The notes beneath the pieces are model-generated. The model worked only from the letters and a program-made list of their open reading frames with translations. It had not been told where the DNA came from and searched no databases. Below, piece after piece: positions 46,809 to 59,945 of a DNA stretch of 64,000 nt (the first letter of the stretch is position 1; every line of letters begins with the position of its first letter). The position numbers were made by a program, and so were the translations under genes. Source of the DNA: Mobula hypostoma (Eukaryota); NCBI RefSeq assembly GCF_963921235.1, contig NC_086123.1:25544001-25608000 (forward strand), written 5' to 3'.

Positions 46809-49069
46809 CAGCTCAAAATGAACTATCATATATTTACAGGTTTTGCCCAGGTTAAGCCAAGGTACCATTTCCATGAACTGTTTATAACCCAGATATTTTG
46901 GAAGTCAAACCTACAACCACAGACTAAGTTTCCACATGGCAGAAGATGCCTGATGTCATGCAGCAACCAAAAAATACATCCTGTCAATCTGTACATAAAT
47001 TGAGCATTTGCAAGAGGGAGAGGACCTGTCTGTTTATGCACTTCTCCAGAAGTAAGAGGGGAGATAAACAAACCTTTTGATCAACTTCATCCACCTTGTA
47101 TCCTTGCAAAACGTTCATGATAATTTTATATTTTGTAATGATCTACTTAAAGAAAGACAATAGATGATCCAAAACAATGGATCAAAAATCCTTTTAAGTC
47201 ACTTAGCAAATCACAATCAATCACATGACATAAAATCTGGCTGGGTACTGTTTCAGGGAGGTATCATATTTGAGTCTTTAAAACAAAGTATTTTTCTAAA
47301 ATCTTCCCACAGAAAATTGTAATTTGAAATGCATAAGCATCCTTCTCAGGGTAATGTAAACAGTGATATTAAGTTGCTTCCATTCATCTTGGTAGCATTG
47401 AAAAGAATCACAAAGGGTGATTAGGAGATAGGATTTTGTACCAAAGTTATTATTGAAGCTGAACCACTAGGGTTGATAGCTTATAACATAGTGACATTCA
47501 TTAAGTCCCTCGGTGCACCAAGCAGTAGTGAAGAAAATCATAACCTTAGACTTAATGATACAAATGGACTACTTTAGCATTTAAAATGTTATGTCCCTTG
47601 AGATAAAATGAACCAAAGTGAAAGATTAATGGCCCACCAACAGTGTACAAAAGTACACAAATGCATTTTAAAATGGAAGGCAGAAATCAATTATTGTCTT
47701 TCATGAACAAAAAGTCAACTGAAAACTTCAAAACTGGCAGATTTCTGTTTGACAAAGTTATCAAAGCTTTTAGAATTGGGTTTAGAAACGGGTCTACTAT
47801 GAATGACTGATCTGGGCTAAAGTATTAACTAGTCATTCCTGTGTGTCCATGTTCCAAAGGAGTGGAGAAAGAGGGCAATCCAACTGGAATTTCTGAGGAT
47901 AGAGGAACTGACATTGTGATAGAGGGTTGAATGCAACTATGACAGTTAAGGCATCTATTGAAATCTATTGTAGGTTCAGTTGGTAGAAGGAGATTTCCAA
48001 TCCTTTTTAATTTACCTTAACAATAGATGGGTGGCGGGGTGCAGATATGTCTCTACCAAAGGAGATGTAAGGCGCTCCTTCCCTCCGCTAGCCTGCAGGT
48101 CACCCTTGGGCAAGGTGTAGCACCCCAGTCAAGGTCACGTGACGCCTTGGGAGCAGGTGGTGGATGGTCGTATGAGTCGCTGGTGCATATCACGGGTCCT
48201 GGTCATGTGACCAGTGACATCAGCCGGAAAATCCATGAAGGGTATTGATGGCTGGGTTCATGGGTTTCCTCTGGGTGGTCTGGTTTCCTCCCTCAGTCCA
48301 AAGATGTACCAGGTAGGTTATTTGGTCATTGTAAGTTGCCCCGTGATTAGGTTCGGGTAAACCGGGTTTGTAGGGGGTTGCTGGGGTGGTGTGGCTCGAA
48401 GGCCCAGAAGGGCCTACTCCACTCTGTATCACTAAAATAAAAATAAATAAATATCCTGAAGTCAGGGTTAAGCTCGGGTCCTTAGACCCGTGAGGCAACC
48501 TGCTGGAGCTGCTATCCTATTCCTGCCAAGGTGATAGAAAGAATTATTCAGCTGTTGCAGATAAGCTTTGAAGCACCTGATTCCATGTTCATATTAATTA
48601 GGATGGTCACTACAAGCTGAGTAAAACCCCGAAGTATTTTTCACATGTACTGTCTTCCATCATCCGAATACTTCCATTTACAATTTCCTGTTGCATTACT
48701 GCAAATGATATGTCACCAGCCACCACAGCGTGCCCTTTTTCACTTCAGACTTCTAGATGGTCTACATTAGAATTTTCATGAAGAATCCATTAACGGCCTT
48801 TCCCAACTCGGAGGTTGAGACCACGTTGATGAAGGTAAAAAAGAAATCAGGGTGAACTCTGGCCACTTTTTCTATGCTTGTCTACCCTTCAGATATCAAG
48901 TCAGAGAAATAATGTCACAATCAATAAATGTCTCTTCCTAATTAAGAAAATAAGGGAATGGGGTAAGTGGAAGAACAAGGTGAAGTGAAAGATAACTTAT
49001 TTAATGGTGGAGCATAATGCTTACTCTTGCTTCTATTTCTAATATTCTTACTCTATATTCTAGAAGTGA

Positions 49070-49655
49070 ACCATAAGCACAAGAAAATCTGAAGATGATG
49101 GAAATCCAAACCAACATGCACAAAATGTTGGAGGGATTCAGCAGGTAAGGCAGCATCTATAAAAAAACAGTAAACAATTGACATTTTGGGCCAAGACCCT
49201 TCATCAGGACTGGAAAGAAAGAGAAGTCCTAGTAGGGAGGCGGGGAAGGGGTGGAAGGAGTGCAAGGTGGTAGGTGATAGGTGAAACCGGGAGAGGGGGA
49301 GGAGGTGAAGTAAAGAGTTGGGAAGTTGATTGGTGAAGGGAGAAGAGGGTAGAAGGTCATGAAAGAATGGGAAGGGGGAAGAACACCAGGGGGAGGTGAT
49401 GGGCAGGTAAGGAGATAAGGTGAGAGAGGGAAACAGGAATAAGGAATGGAGAAGGAGGCGCAATTACCAGAAGTTCGAGAAATCGACATAATGGGTTGAA
49501 GGTTACCCAGACAGAACATGCGGTGCTGTTCCTCCAGCTTGAGAGTGGCCACCTTGTGGCAGTAGAGGAGACCATGGACTGACATGTCGGAATGGGAATG
49601 GGAAGTTGACTTGATGTAGGTGGCCACTGGGAGAACCCACTTCTGGAAGTGAACA
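49070..49655 (-). mobile_element. Older PLE 3' fragment with decayed hammerhead (49175-49212)
   Basis: LPVAT...SHSHSDMSVHGLLYC...LKLEEQH motif. Reverse-complement core CAGUC CUGAUGA AGGGUCUUGGCCC AAAAUGUC AAUUG. Confidence 0.88.
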
Positions 49656-51286
49656 TGGATTGACACCAGGAACAGAGGCTCCATAGAAGTTATCCTTTAA
49701 CTTCCAAGTCTATGAATATAAATTTCCAGAACTTGTCGCTGAAAAGTTGACTGTCAATCAAATTACATAATCATGGAATTTTTTCTTTGCTTCGGAGTTC
49801 ATTATTATTTTGGGGAGATTACGCTGAGATCAATTAAACCTGACGTTGAGGTGAAATTTCTCAGGGGCTACAGTATCCATCCACTACCACAGATATTTCT
49901 TTATGCTCACATTGCTGAAGTACAAATAAACCACCAGAGTCAGACGGATTGGCAAAATGACTTCAAACTTTATCCGGTCGTGTGAGCTGCATCATTCCAT
50001 GGTAGACTTTTTTTCTATTGGAAATGGTATCTGAAAAGATGTTTGGGGGGGTGGGAGTCAACTTCCAAAAGACATTTTGAGGTGGATTTCTTACCCTCAA
50101 GGTCGCAAATAGAAGGAAGAGCCATGGAGTAGACTTAGATAATATCTGCACGTTTCTCAGTTTAATGGCATAGGTCAAACTGAGTTCAAACGAATGGAAA
50201 ATAAGTGAAGAGGAATATAGTAAAGTAAAAAAGCAAACTCAAGCAACGTCTGCCTCCAAATTCTATGGAGATAATGCCTTTAAGGTTATTGGACCAATGG
50301 ATTCTGGGAAAATAAACTTATTTTTTGTGAGGTAACTTTTGTAGGATCTTTCGCTTATAAATCAACTCTTTAACTTTTGACCTGATTCTTGAGTGGGCTA
50401 CTGCAGAGAGGTGTGGACTTCTGTAACGGAGTTCTTATGAAGTGACGCGAATACTCCCGTCTGCTCTCTTACGAATCTTTAGCTTTGACAGATTTTTTTA
50501 TTCATGGGTTAAGGATATTCACATACTGTACATACTGAAAAATTACATTTACAATCAGTCATGTACTTAGTTTCTCAGAGAGTATCTCGGGGAATGGATC
50601 TTGAGTCTCTGCTTTTTTCCACTCATCTATTTGCTGTTACCGTGTCTTGCAGTACTGACAAAGAACTCGTGTTATTTTGGCATCCAATAGAGTGCACCAA
50701 TGCAAATACAGACTAGAGCTGGCAATTTTTAAAATTTTAGTCTATTGAAATTCATCATAGAGTCCAAACACCATGGATGTAATGAGGGAGGAACCTTGTC
50801 AGTGTGACCCCTGCAAGCAATCAGAATGCAGATGATCTTACAAAGAGACTTGCTTATAAATTATTTCACAGACTGCTGAAGCCCAGGGAAAGCACAGAAT
50901 AAATCTGGGGCCTTTCCAGGAATAATTACACAGCTCTTGTTTAAAAAGTGGAGTACATGAAGAAACGAGGCTGCAAAGGGATTTCAGTGTTGTGTAATAA
51001 CCCTGCATGCAAATATATGATGCTTGAATCTTAATGAATTCATTTATGAGTTGAAGGCATCTCCAGCTAGTATCAGAGATTTGCCCTTTCTCGGCTATCA
51101 CAGCAGGTTTCGGTTCATAAATATGAATTGCGTGCCTATGCAGTCAAAACTTTACTTGAAAGTTAAATAAATTCATAGTTCTAAAGAGGAAGATAAGGAG
51201 GGTGTTTACAAAATGTCCATGTGGTATATTATTGCAGACTTTTAGATGGTTGGTAGATAAAATGTTGTCTGACTGTGACCAGTAAA

Positions 51287-51640
51287 ATAAGACCATAAGA
51301 AATAGGAGCAGAATTAGAATTAGGTCATTTGGTCCATCAAGTCTGCTCCACTGTTTCAGCATTTCTGATCAATTTTCCCTCTCAGACCCAATCTCTTGCT
51401 TTCTCCCTGTATCCCTTCATGCCCTGACTAATCAAGAATCTACCAACCTCTGTCTTAAATATACCCAATGACTTGGCCCCCACGGCTGCCTGTGGCAATG
51501 AATTCCACACCTTCACCACAATTTGGCTAAAGAAATTCCTCCTCAGCTCCTTTCTAAAAGGAGCCCTCTCTTCTGAGGGCTGTATCCTCTGGACTCCCTC
51601 ACCGGGGGAAACATGCTCCTCACATACACTCTATTGAGGC
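51287..51640 (-). mobile_element. CR1 3' fragment
   Basis: ATAAGACCATAAGA tail. Homologous to 35438-35800. Confidence 0.8.
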
Positions 51641-51943
51641 AAATGATGCAGGAATAGTAGCAATAGCTTCAAAGAAACAGTTCGAGGACAGCACTGTAAC
51701 GTAGCGGTTAGTGCAACGCCATTATAGCGCTGGCGACTCGGTTGACTTCCTCTGCTGACTGTGAGAAGTTGGTACATTCTTCCCATGATTGCATGAGCTT
51801 CTCCCAGGTGCTGTAGGTTACTCCCAGAGTCCAGCAACATATAGGTTAGGAATCTATGAGGATCTATTGTCTCTCAAATAGCTCCTGTATGCTGGCACAC
51901 CACCTATTACCTGCAGCAAGTATGCTGGCTGAAGTAAAGATTT

Positions 51944-52415
51944 GAAATGAATTGAATTGACTTTATTTCTTACATCCTTCACATACATGAGGAGTAAAAT
52001 TCTTTGCATTACGCCTCCATCTAAATGTGCAATTTATAGTAATTTGTAAAAAAAATAGTATGTACAACAGGACATGTCAATATAGCATAGAAATACAATC
52101 GTATCAGCGCGAGTTCATCAGTCTGATGGCCTGGTGGAAGACGCTGTCCTGGAGCCTGTTGGTCCTGGTTTTTATGCTGTGGTACCGTTTCCCGGATGGT
52201 AGCAATTGGAACAGTTTGTGCTTGGGGTGGTTCGGGTCCACAATGATCCCTCAGGCTCATTTTACACATCTGTCTCTGTAAATGCTGTAAAGATTCAGAA
52301 GCTCACGTCTACAGGTGTGCTGGGCTGTCCACACCACTCTCTGCAGAATCCTGCGATTGAACGAAGTACAGTTCCCATACCAGGCAGTGATGCAGCCAGT
52401 CAGGATGCTCTCACA
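51944..52415 (-). mobile_element. Rex/Babar 3' fragment
   Basis: (AATTG)n tail. Reverse complement encodes ESILTGCITAWYG...DPNHP...GKRYHSIKTRTNRLQDSVFHQAIRLMN. Confidence 0.8.
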
Positions 52416-53142
52416 GCTGTTACATTAGAGAAGACATTCCTCCACGTGCTTGTTGTATTTAATCTGTTGAGGAACGTAAGTTTTAATATTATAGAAATTG
52501 TTCATAATATAGGCTTATCTGAGCTTCCATTAAGATGGAGAAATTTAAAGTTCAAAGTTCAATGTACATTTATTATCAAAGCACTGTATATAACCTTGAG
52601 ATTCATCTCCTTACAGGCAGCCATAGAGAAACCTAATAGACTCTATTAAAAACAAAAGAAGAACCAGAGTCCAGAGAGAGAGAGAGAAAAAAACAAATCA
52701 TGCAAACAATATAAACAAGCAAACAGCACTCAGAACTGGAGTTCACAAAGCTAGACATCTCTGCAGCCAATCCAGATGTCCACTAGTGGCAGGCCAGAGA
52801 CTCAGTCCAGCACAGAGACAAGCCAACCTCGCCGCAAAGCCAGGTATCACTGCAGCCGATCCAGATGGTTGAGATGATTGTTTTGACAATCTCTGCTTTG
52901 CAGAACCAATCAGGAGTCTATGTTTGCGTGGCAGGGTTTAATAAGGAGAGGCAGCTTTGTGAAATCTTGCTCCGAGCAGAGACTTATCTGCCTGGAATGC
53001 ATATCAACAAATTACAACTGCAGGCTCACGTAATGAAATCATATGATCATCCCTTGTGTACTTAATTTTGGACTTGCTATGGTTTGGTGTGAGTTGATGT
53101 GCATTAAGATCAGATCTGATTAATTTATTGTCCTATACAGCT

Positions 53143-53555
53143 GCTTACTTACTGCCCGTTACGCTGCTGGCGTTTAAGGCAGCAGTGAAGATCCTCCATC
53201 TCTGGTGGTCCTCAAGGCTTCCTTCATCATTTCAGTATCTTCCTCCCGGTTCTCACTCCTATCAGTCATGCAAGTCCCAGGTGGAGACTCAGGAATACTC
53301 AGAGGATGAATGATTTTTCCTTGTTGTTTCTGTAACAATTTTCCTTGACCAGTCAGGGTTGTTGGCCCTGAACCTGGAGAACCGATGGACTACACTTAGC
53401 CTGTCCACCACCCTTGACCTGTTTGGCATGGGTGACCCTATCTCTTACCAAGAGCAAAATCACAAAGCCCTGACTCCAGCCAACACAGCTCTCTGGGTCA
53501 TCGAGGCACGCAAGCCTCCAAACCCTATGACAAGGTCATGGTCATCTTGGAGGTC
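53143..53555 (-). mobile_element. Non-autonomous RTE/RTEX-like element; second copy at about 60268-60680
   Basis: Both copies share (CTTA)n, CTGGCGTTTAAGGCAGCA, TTGACCTGTTTGGCATGGGTGACCCT and AGCTCTCTGGG. Confidence 0.65.
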
Positions 53556-54182
53556 CTATATAGCTGCTGCAATGATATTTCAGTTTACCTGATTCAGGAA
53601 CAGCTTCTCCTCCTCTGCCACCTGACTTCTGAATGGACATTGAGCCCATGAACACTACCTCATAACTTTTTAATTTCTATTTTTGCACGGCTTATCTAAT
53701 TTAGCTATTTAATATTTAATACTGTAATTCAAGTTTTTTTCTCTATTATTATGCGCTGTACTGCTGCCAGAACGACAACAAATTTCTCAACATATGCCGG
53801 AGATATGAAACCTGATTCTGCTTCTGAAACTTACAGAGTAAGGAGTATAGAACTATAAGTACCATTTCAACCCTCCTGCTTCAAGCTAATTCATTCTTGC
53901 TTAACAAATTTATTCCAATATATTTGAGATTTCTCTCAGGTGTGGATCTTTTGCTTTTCACTGATATACACACTATGCTGTGGCAAAATGTTCAGATAAT
54001 CTACTGTCCATGCTTGCCACTGTATAGCTTCATCAGTTGTCTATGAGAGCATTTGCATTTCCATGGTATCTCCTGGTAATGAAAGCAATAGCAGGGTCAA
54101 ATTCTCCCAAGGCCAAAGCCGATCTCTGAGAGTAATGGGGAAACCATTTGTGACCTTGGCTTCATTTTCGGGAACAAGGAAA

Positions 54183-54335
54183 CAATGCACGCAAAATGCT
54201 GAAGTAACCAGAAGACTCTCAACCCAAAATGTCAACCGTTTATTCCTCTCCATAGATGCTGCCTAACATCCGAGTTCCTCCAGCATTTTGCGTGTGTTGC
54301 TTTAGATTTCCAGCATGTGCAGAATCTTTTGTGTC
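54183..54335 (+). mobile_element. Miniature fold-back PLE relic
   Basis: CACGCAAAATGCTG and CAGCATTTTGCGTG are inverted. Decayed core CCCAAAATGTCAAC and pLTR tail. Confidence 0.7.
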
Positions 54336-54461
54336 AGGGGCTTATAATCTGTATAAGTAATAAACTGACATCCACAAATGTTCAAGCAGAAATTCTGTAC
54401 TCCAACATGATGGCCAAATTTTCATTTTCCAGCTGACAATTCCTTTCCTCTGGACCTGAAC

Positions 54462-55115
54462 TGTGTAAGATATTGTGAGGGGTACAGATAGGGTAGATGC
54501 AAGCAGGCTTTTTCCAGTGAGGTTGGGCAGGACTGCAACCAGAGGTCATGGGTTAAGGATGAAAAGTGAAAATTTTAGGGGGAACATAGGGGAACACTCA
54601 GAGGGTGGTTAGAGTGTGGGATGAGCTCCCAGAGCCAGTGGTGAATGTGAGCTCTATTTCAATGTTTAAGAGAAATTTGGATGGGTACATGGATGGAAGT
54701 GGTATGTACGGCTATGGTCCCAGTGCAGATTGATGGGAAAAGGCAGGTTAATTGGTTCAGCATAGCCTCAAGATTTGGGGGAGTAGATTTAGGACGGAGA
54801 TGAGGAGGAACTACTTTTCCCAGAGGGTGGTGAATCTGTGGAATTCTCTGCCCAATGAAGCAGTGGAGGCTACCTCAGTAAATATATTTATGACAAGGTT
54901 GGATAGATTTTGTACAGTAGGGGAATTAAGGGTTCTGGGGAAAAGGCAGTAGGTGGAGATGAGTCCATGGCCAGGTCAGCCATGATCTTATTGAATGGCG
55001 GAGCAGGCTCGACGGGCCAGCTGACCGACTCCTGCTCCTTTTTCTCATGTCCTTATGGCATGGACTAGATGGGCCAAAGGGCCTGTTTTTGTGCTGTACT
55101 TTTCTATGACTATGA
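54462..55115 (+). mobile_element. CR1 3' end with a second nested CR1 3' end (about 54763-55036)
   Basis: Two consecutive FFxQRVV..WNxLP regions. The outer copy rejoins at GCATGGACTAG. Confidence 0.75.
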
Positions 55116-55489
55116 ATCTATATCTAAAATCATCTTCCACCCATTGGGACAATATAGCAGAAATACCTCACAACATCGACTCTCTGCAGAGTAGTGGTGT
55201 AACATATCATTTAACTGCAGCAATTCTTCGGAATGTTGGAAAGTCTGTTCTTGAGCATCGGTACATATCCACTTCACATCCTTTCACACCGATCAGTATT
55301 GCTAGATCAGGCAAAAATTTAGAATAATAATTCAAAAATCCTGCGTATATTTTCAGCTCAGTGACGTTGGTATTAGTATTGATTTATTAGTGTAACATAT
55401 ACCAAGATACATGGAAAAGCTTGTCTGACATACTGTTCATACAGATCAAATCATTACACAGTGATTGAGCTAGAATAAGGTAAAAAAAA

Positions 55490-55998
55490 ATCAACGCAGA
55501 ACTCGAGCGATCCTCTCTCCGTGTCCCCTTTTGATGGTGAGTGAGAGCTTGTCGGTCCACCATTAGGGCACGAAGAGAAACAATGCGGAAGATTGTGACA
55601 TCGAGACAGCAAGGTGCTGCCCTCACACTTTCATTCCTGCAGAAGCGATCTACTCTCTCCCTCGCTACTGACAGAGAGCCTGTCTGAGGTGCTGAGAGGT
55701 TGGGATGGATGTAGCTTTTTGATAGACTCTGGATCGAGGTCTCTTTGGGGGCTTTTGTTACAGCTTGCATGTTGGGGGGGGGGTCATTGCTTTTGCTTGT
55801 ACAAGTGAGGGGGAGGGGGAGGGATAGTGTTAATGTTTCTGCTGTTGTTTGTGGATAAAAGAAGGGAGGGAGGCTTTGGGGTTCTGATGTTTCTGTCATT
55901 CATTCTTTGATCATTCTGTTTCGTGGATGTCCGTGAAGAGTAAGAATTTCAGATTGTATACCTTATACATTCTCTGATTTTAAATTTTACCCTTTGAA
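55490..55998 (+). mobile_element. Non-autonomous LINE-tailed element
   Basis: Shares CTCTCCCTCGCT...GAGCCTGTCT with 6100-6135, and the GAAGAGTAAGAATTT...GTATA tail with 12820-12880. Confidence 0.55.
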
Positions 55999-56861
55999 TA
56001 CATTGTATAAGCTGCTGAAAAATGCAGTGCAGGTAAACGATAAAGTGTAGAGTCATAACAAGGAAGACTGTGAGCCCAAAAGTCAGTTCAGGAGTCTGAT
56101 AACAGTGGGATAAAAGCTATGGGTTACATTAGTTGCCTATTGTCAGCCAATAATTTCTTAGTCTTTTATTTTGAAACTACTTGTTCATATACAGAACTTA
56201 AATCCAACCTAGTGAAGAGATAAAACTATGAATTAGCCTTCCATTCTCAGAAAGGAATATTGTTCAAGGTCAAGACTTGATTCAGTCAGCTGTTAATCTC
56301 CACAAATTCTAATTGATACACCATGCTTTAATACTGACATAATGTTCACCACCAATTCAGAGTGCTTAACACAATTAATTATTTTCTTTCTGAGAAGCCT
56401 GTGAATAAGTTCTTTCAATTTTGTTTTAATTGCATAAGGCATTGACCTTGGTTTGAAGAATCTTTGTGGATTATTGGAATTTTTACTTGGGTGTCCTTTA
56501 ATATGCCTCGTTCATTTTTGAAACCACTTTATTTCTTCCGTGCACCTCTTCTAATGTTCTAGTTTCCTCCATCATGACATCTTCCATTCCAAGGGAATTT
56601 ATTATATCCAAGCTTTTCCCAAAATCTCCAGACCCTGGAACAACCATTGGTGGGAGTGTATCAACTGGTCTTCAGTAATTCACTGTCATGTCATAACTAC
56701 TTCAATGTTTAAGTCCAGGTGAATTGTTTGGCACCCAATTACAAGTTCTGTCTGGTTCCTCAGTATAACCCCTGTCCCAGTGTCAAAATCAAATGTCATG
56801 TTTTTCATTCACTCCCATGACAATAGGCAGCAGTTCTATTTTTGGTAAGTAAGACTCTGCA

Positions 56862-57290
56862 AAATCAAAGTACATTTATTATCAAAGTATGTATAAATTA
56901 TACAGCCTTGAGATTTGTCTACTTACAGGCAGCCACAAAGCAAGAAACCTGAAAGAATCCATTTTTAAAAACGACCAACACCCCATGCACAGGGAAAGAG
57001 GAAAATAAACAGAAATCAGGCAAACAGTAAAAGATATCAACCTGAGTCCATAGACCCGAATCCCAGAGCGGCGGGGGTAGGCCCATAGCCTTGGTCTCAT
57101 TTCATCACACAGCCGGGCAAATCGAAGCTCGTAGACATGAAACAAGTAGTAGCCTCAGCGCCGCGGAGAGAGGAGTGAACACCACGGAAGAATGCTCAGA
57201 TTCAACATGATCCTCGCCTCTGGTCCTGACACCATGCCTTTTTGGTCTATCTGGGCCGGCGTTTAAATCATCCAAACACCAGCTCATCCT
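56862..57290 (-). mobile_element. Non-autonomous LINE-tailed element
   Basis: Reverse-complement tail matches 3050-3150 (GTGGCTGCCTGTAAGTAGACAAATCTCAAGG). Confidence 0.6.
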
Positions 57291-57857
57291 CCACATTAGG
57301 ATATGGGCTTAAATTGCACCCGTTTGTTCTTTAGCTATTATGGCCAAAATCTCCAATAAGTTTTAACACTTAAACATTGATATAATGTTGCTTAGTTTGA
57401 GTTAAAGCAATTCTTTAACAAACCCATTCCTCAATGCTTATATTACTGGATTTCTCTGACTTCAGCAATTTTTCATTTGTCTATATGCAGGGATTCCCGC
57501 TACACTTAATTAGGAATGCCCTGAGTTTATTTTTGTCATTAAAGTTGTTTGCAACAAATAAATGTAACAGCATCTCACAAAATTCTTTCCAGATCTGGGT
57601 CTCAGCATCGGATTATATAATTTACCTTCCTTTGTTAAGGCTGCCTTCACTCTTTCCATTTTTTAAGGAAGAATTTCTGTGCTCTCCTGCCTGTCTCAGG
57701 AACAATTGTTAGATATTAAACATGCAAAGCAAAAGTGATAGCTATGTTTTGTCTTATTTGCTTATTTTCTTATATCCTGCTGTGTGTGTGTATATCTGCA
57801 AAATGCAGCCCTTACAGAGACCACCCGTATGGCATCTGCCAAACATCAAATTATTGA

Positions 57858-58590
57858 CATGAGAAATCCAAAGCAACACACACAAACTGCTGAAGGAACT
57901 CAGCAGGTCAGGCAGCACCTAGGGAAATGAAAAAAATAGTCGATGTTTCGGGCCGAGACCCTTCTTCAGGACTGAAAAGGAAGAGGGAAGATGGGGGGAA
58001 GGGAAAGAGGATAGCAAAAAAGTGATAGGTGAAACCAGGTGGGTAGGAAAGGTAAAGATCTGAAGAGGAAGGAATCTGATAGGAGAAGGGAGTGGACAAT
58101 ATGAGAAAGGGAAGGAGGAAGGGACCCAGGGGGAGATGATTAGCTGGTAAAAGGCCAAAGTGGGGAACAGAAAAAGAAGAGTGGGAAGGGGATTTTTTTT
58201 TTACCTTAAGGAGAAACTGATATTCATGCCATCAGATTGGAGGCTACCCAGACAGAATATATGGTGTTGCTCTTCCACCCTGGGGATGGGCACATCTTGG
58301 CAAAAGAGGAAGCCACAGATCAACATATCGGAACGGGAAAGGGAATTGGAATTAAGAAGTTTGGCCACCGGGAAGTTCTGCTTTTGGCGGATGGAGCAGA
58401 GGTGCTCATCGAAGCAGTGCCCCCATCTTACGCCGAATCTCATGCACGTAGAGGAGGCCGCATCGGTAGCACCAGACACAGTAGACGACCCCAGCAGATT
58501 CGCAGGTGAAGTGTTGCCTCACCTGGAAGGACTGCTTGGTGCCCTGATTGGAAGTGAGGGAGCAAGTGAATGAGCAAGTACAGTGCTTAC
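57858..58590 (-). mobile_element. PLE 3' fragment (GIY-YIG pseudogene plus pLTR); hammerhead at 57937-57974
   Basis: QGTKQSFQVRQHFTCESAGVVYCVWCYRCGLLYV...EHLCS motif. Reverse-complement core CAGUC CUGAAGA AGGGUCUCGGCCC GAAACAUC GACUA. Confidence 0.9.
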
Positions 58591-58653
58591 AACAAGACAA
58601 GCCCTTTAAAGCACTATGACCCCTGCCCTCTGAATCAGGTTTAATATCACCAG

Positions 58654-59544
58654 ACAACATATATCAAAGTTGCTGGTGAACGCAGCAGGCCAAGCAGCAT
58701 CTCTAGGAAGAGGTGCAGTCGACGTTTCAGGCCGAGACCCTTCGTCAGGACTAACTGAAGGAAGAGTGAGTAAGGGATTTGAAAGCTGGAGGGGGAGGGG
58801 GAGATGCAAAATGATAGGAGAAGACAGGAGGGGGAGGGATAGAGCCAAGAGCTGGACAGGTGATAGGCAAAAGGGGATACGAGAGGATCATGGGACAGGA
58901 GGTCCGGGAAGAAAGACAAGGGGGGGGTGACCCAGAGGATGAGCAAGAGGTATATTCAGAGGGACAGAGGGAGAAAAAGGAGAGTGAGAGAAAGAATGTG
59001 TGCATAAAAATGAGTAACAGATGGGGTACAAGGGGGAGGTGGGGCCTTAGCGGAAGTTAGAGAAGTCGATGTTCATGCCATCAGGTTAGAGGCTACCCAG
59101 ACGGAATATAAGGTGTTGTTCCTCCAACCTGAGTGTGGCTTCATCTTTACAGTAGAGGAAGCCGTGGATAGACATGTCAGAATGGGAATGGGATGTGGAA
59201 TTAAAATGTGTGGCCACTGGGAGATCCTGCTTTCTCTGGCGGACAGAGCATAGGTGTTCAGCAAAGTGGTCTCCCAGTCTGCGTCGGGTCTCGCCAATAT
59301 ATAAAAGGCCACATCGGGAGCACCGGACGCAGTATATCATCCCAGCCGACTAACAGGTGAAGTGTCGCCTCACCTGGAAGGACTGTCTGGGGCCCTGAAT
59401 GGTGGTAAGGGAGGAAGTGTAAGGGCATGTGTAGCACTTGTTCCGCTTACACGGATAAGTGCCAGGAGGGAGATCAGTGGGGAGGGATGGGGGGGGACGA
59501 ATGGACAAGGGAGTCGCGTAGGGAGCGATCCCTGCGGAATGCAG
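58654..59544 (-). mobile_element. Young Neptune-type PLE fragment with GIY-YIG endonuclease, 11-bp TSD
   Basis: TSD AATATCACCAG at 58643-58653 and 59545-59555, inside a Rex tail. Cys-rich linker PGTYPCKRNKCYTCPY, then IYCVRCSRCGLLYIGETRRRL..F.EH...VATHF...H...E. Confidence 0.93.
58716..58753 (-). ncRNA. Minimal type I hammerhead ribozyme, intact core
   Basis: Reverse complement UAGUC CUGACGA AGGGUCUCGGCCU GAAACGUC GACUG, identical to 2691-2728. Confidence 0.85.
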
Positions 59545-59732
59545 AATATCACCAGCATGTGTTGTGAAATTTGCTAACTTTGCGGCAGCAGTACAATATA
59601 ATACATGATAATAGAGTGAAAAAACTGTGAATTACAGTAAATATATATAAAATATTAAGTAAGCAGTCTTGGAGAACAACTGCATTTATTGAATAATATA
59701 CAGCAATTAAATATTGCTACATGATGCTATTT

Positions 59733-59945
59733 AGCCAGTCGGTGGTGTAGTGGCATCAGCACCGGACTTCAAGGCGAGTGGTCCTGGGTTCAATTCCCGA
59801 CAGCTCCTTGCATGCTTCACATCTGTGCTGGGTTAATCGTCGATCTAGCAACTCGGCCTCATAAAAAACAGCCAAAATACTATAGAAACAGCAAGGTTGC
59901 TACCCGATGTGCCACAAGGTGCAGAGAGTAACAACAATAACGTAA
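59733..59945 (+). mobile_element. tRNA-derived SINE with RTE-like (CAA)n tail
   Basis: A-box TGGTGTAGTGG, B-box GGTTCAATTCC, then CTAGCAACTCGGCCTCATAAAAA and an AACAACAATAA tail. Confidence 0.75.

Noticed and set aside
50174-50331. Candidate plus-strand exon (VKLSSNEWK...FFVR)
   Set aside because: Weak acceptor, unrecognised peptide, and a length expected by chance.
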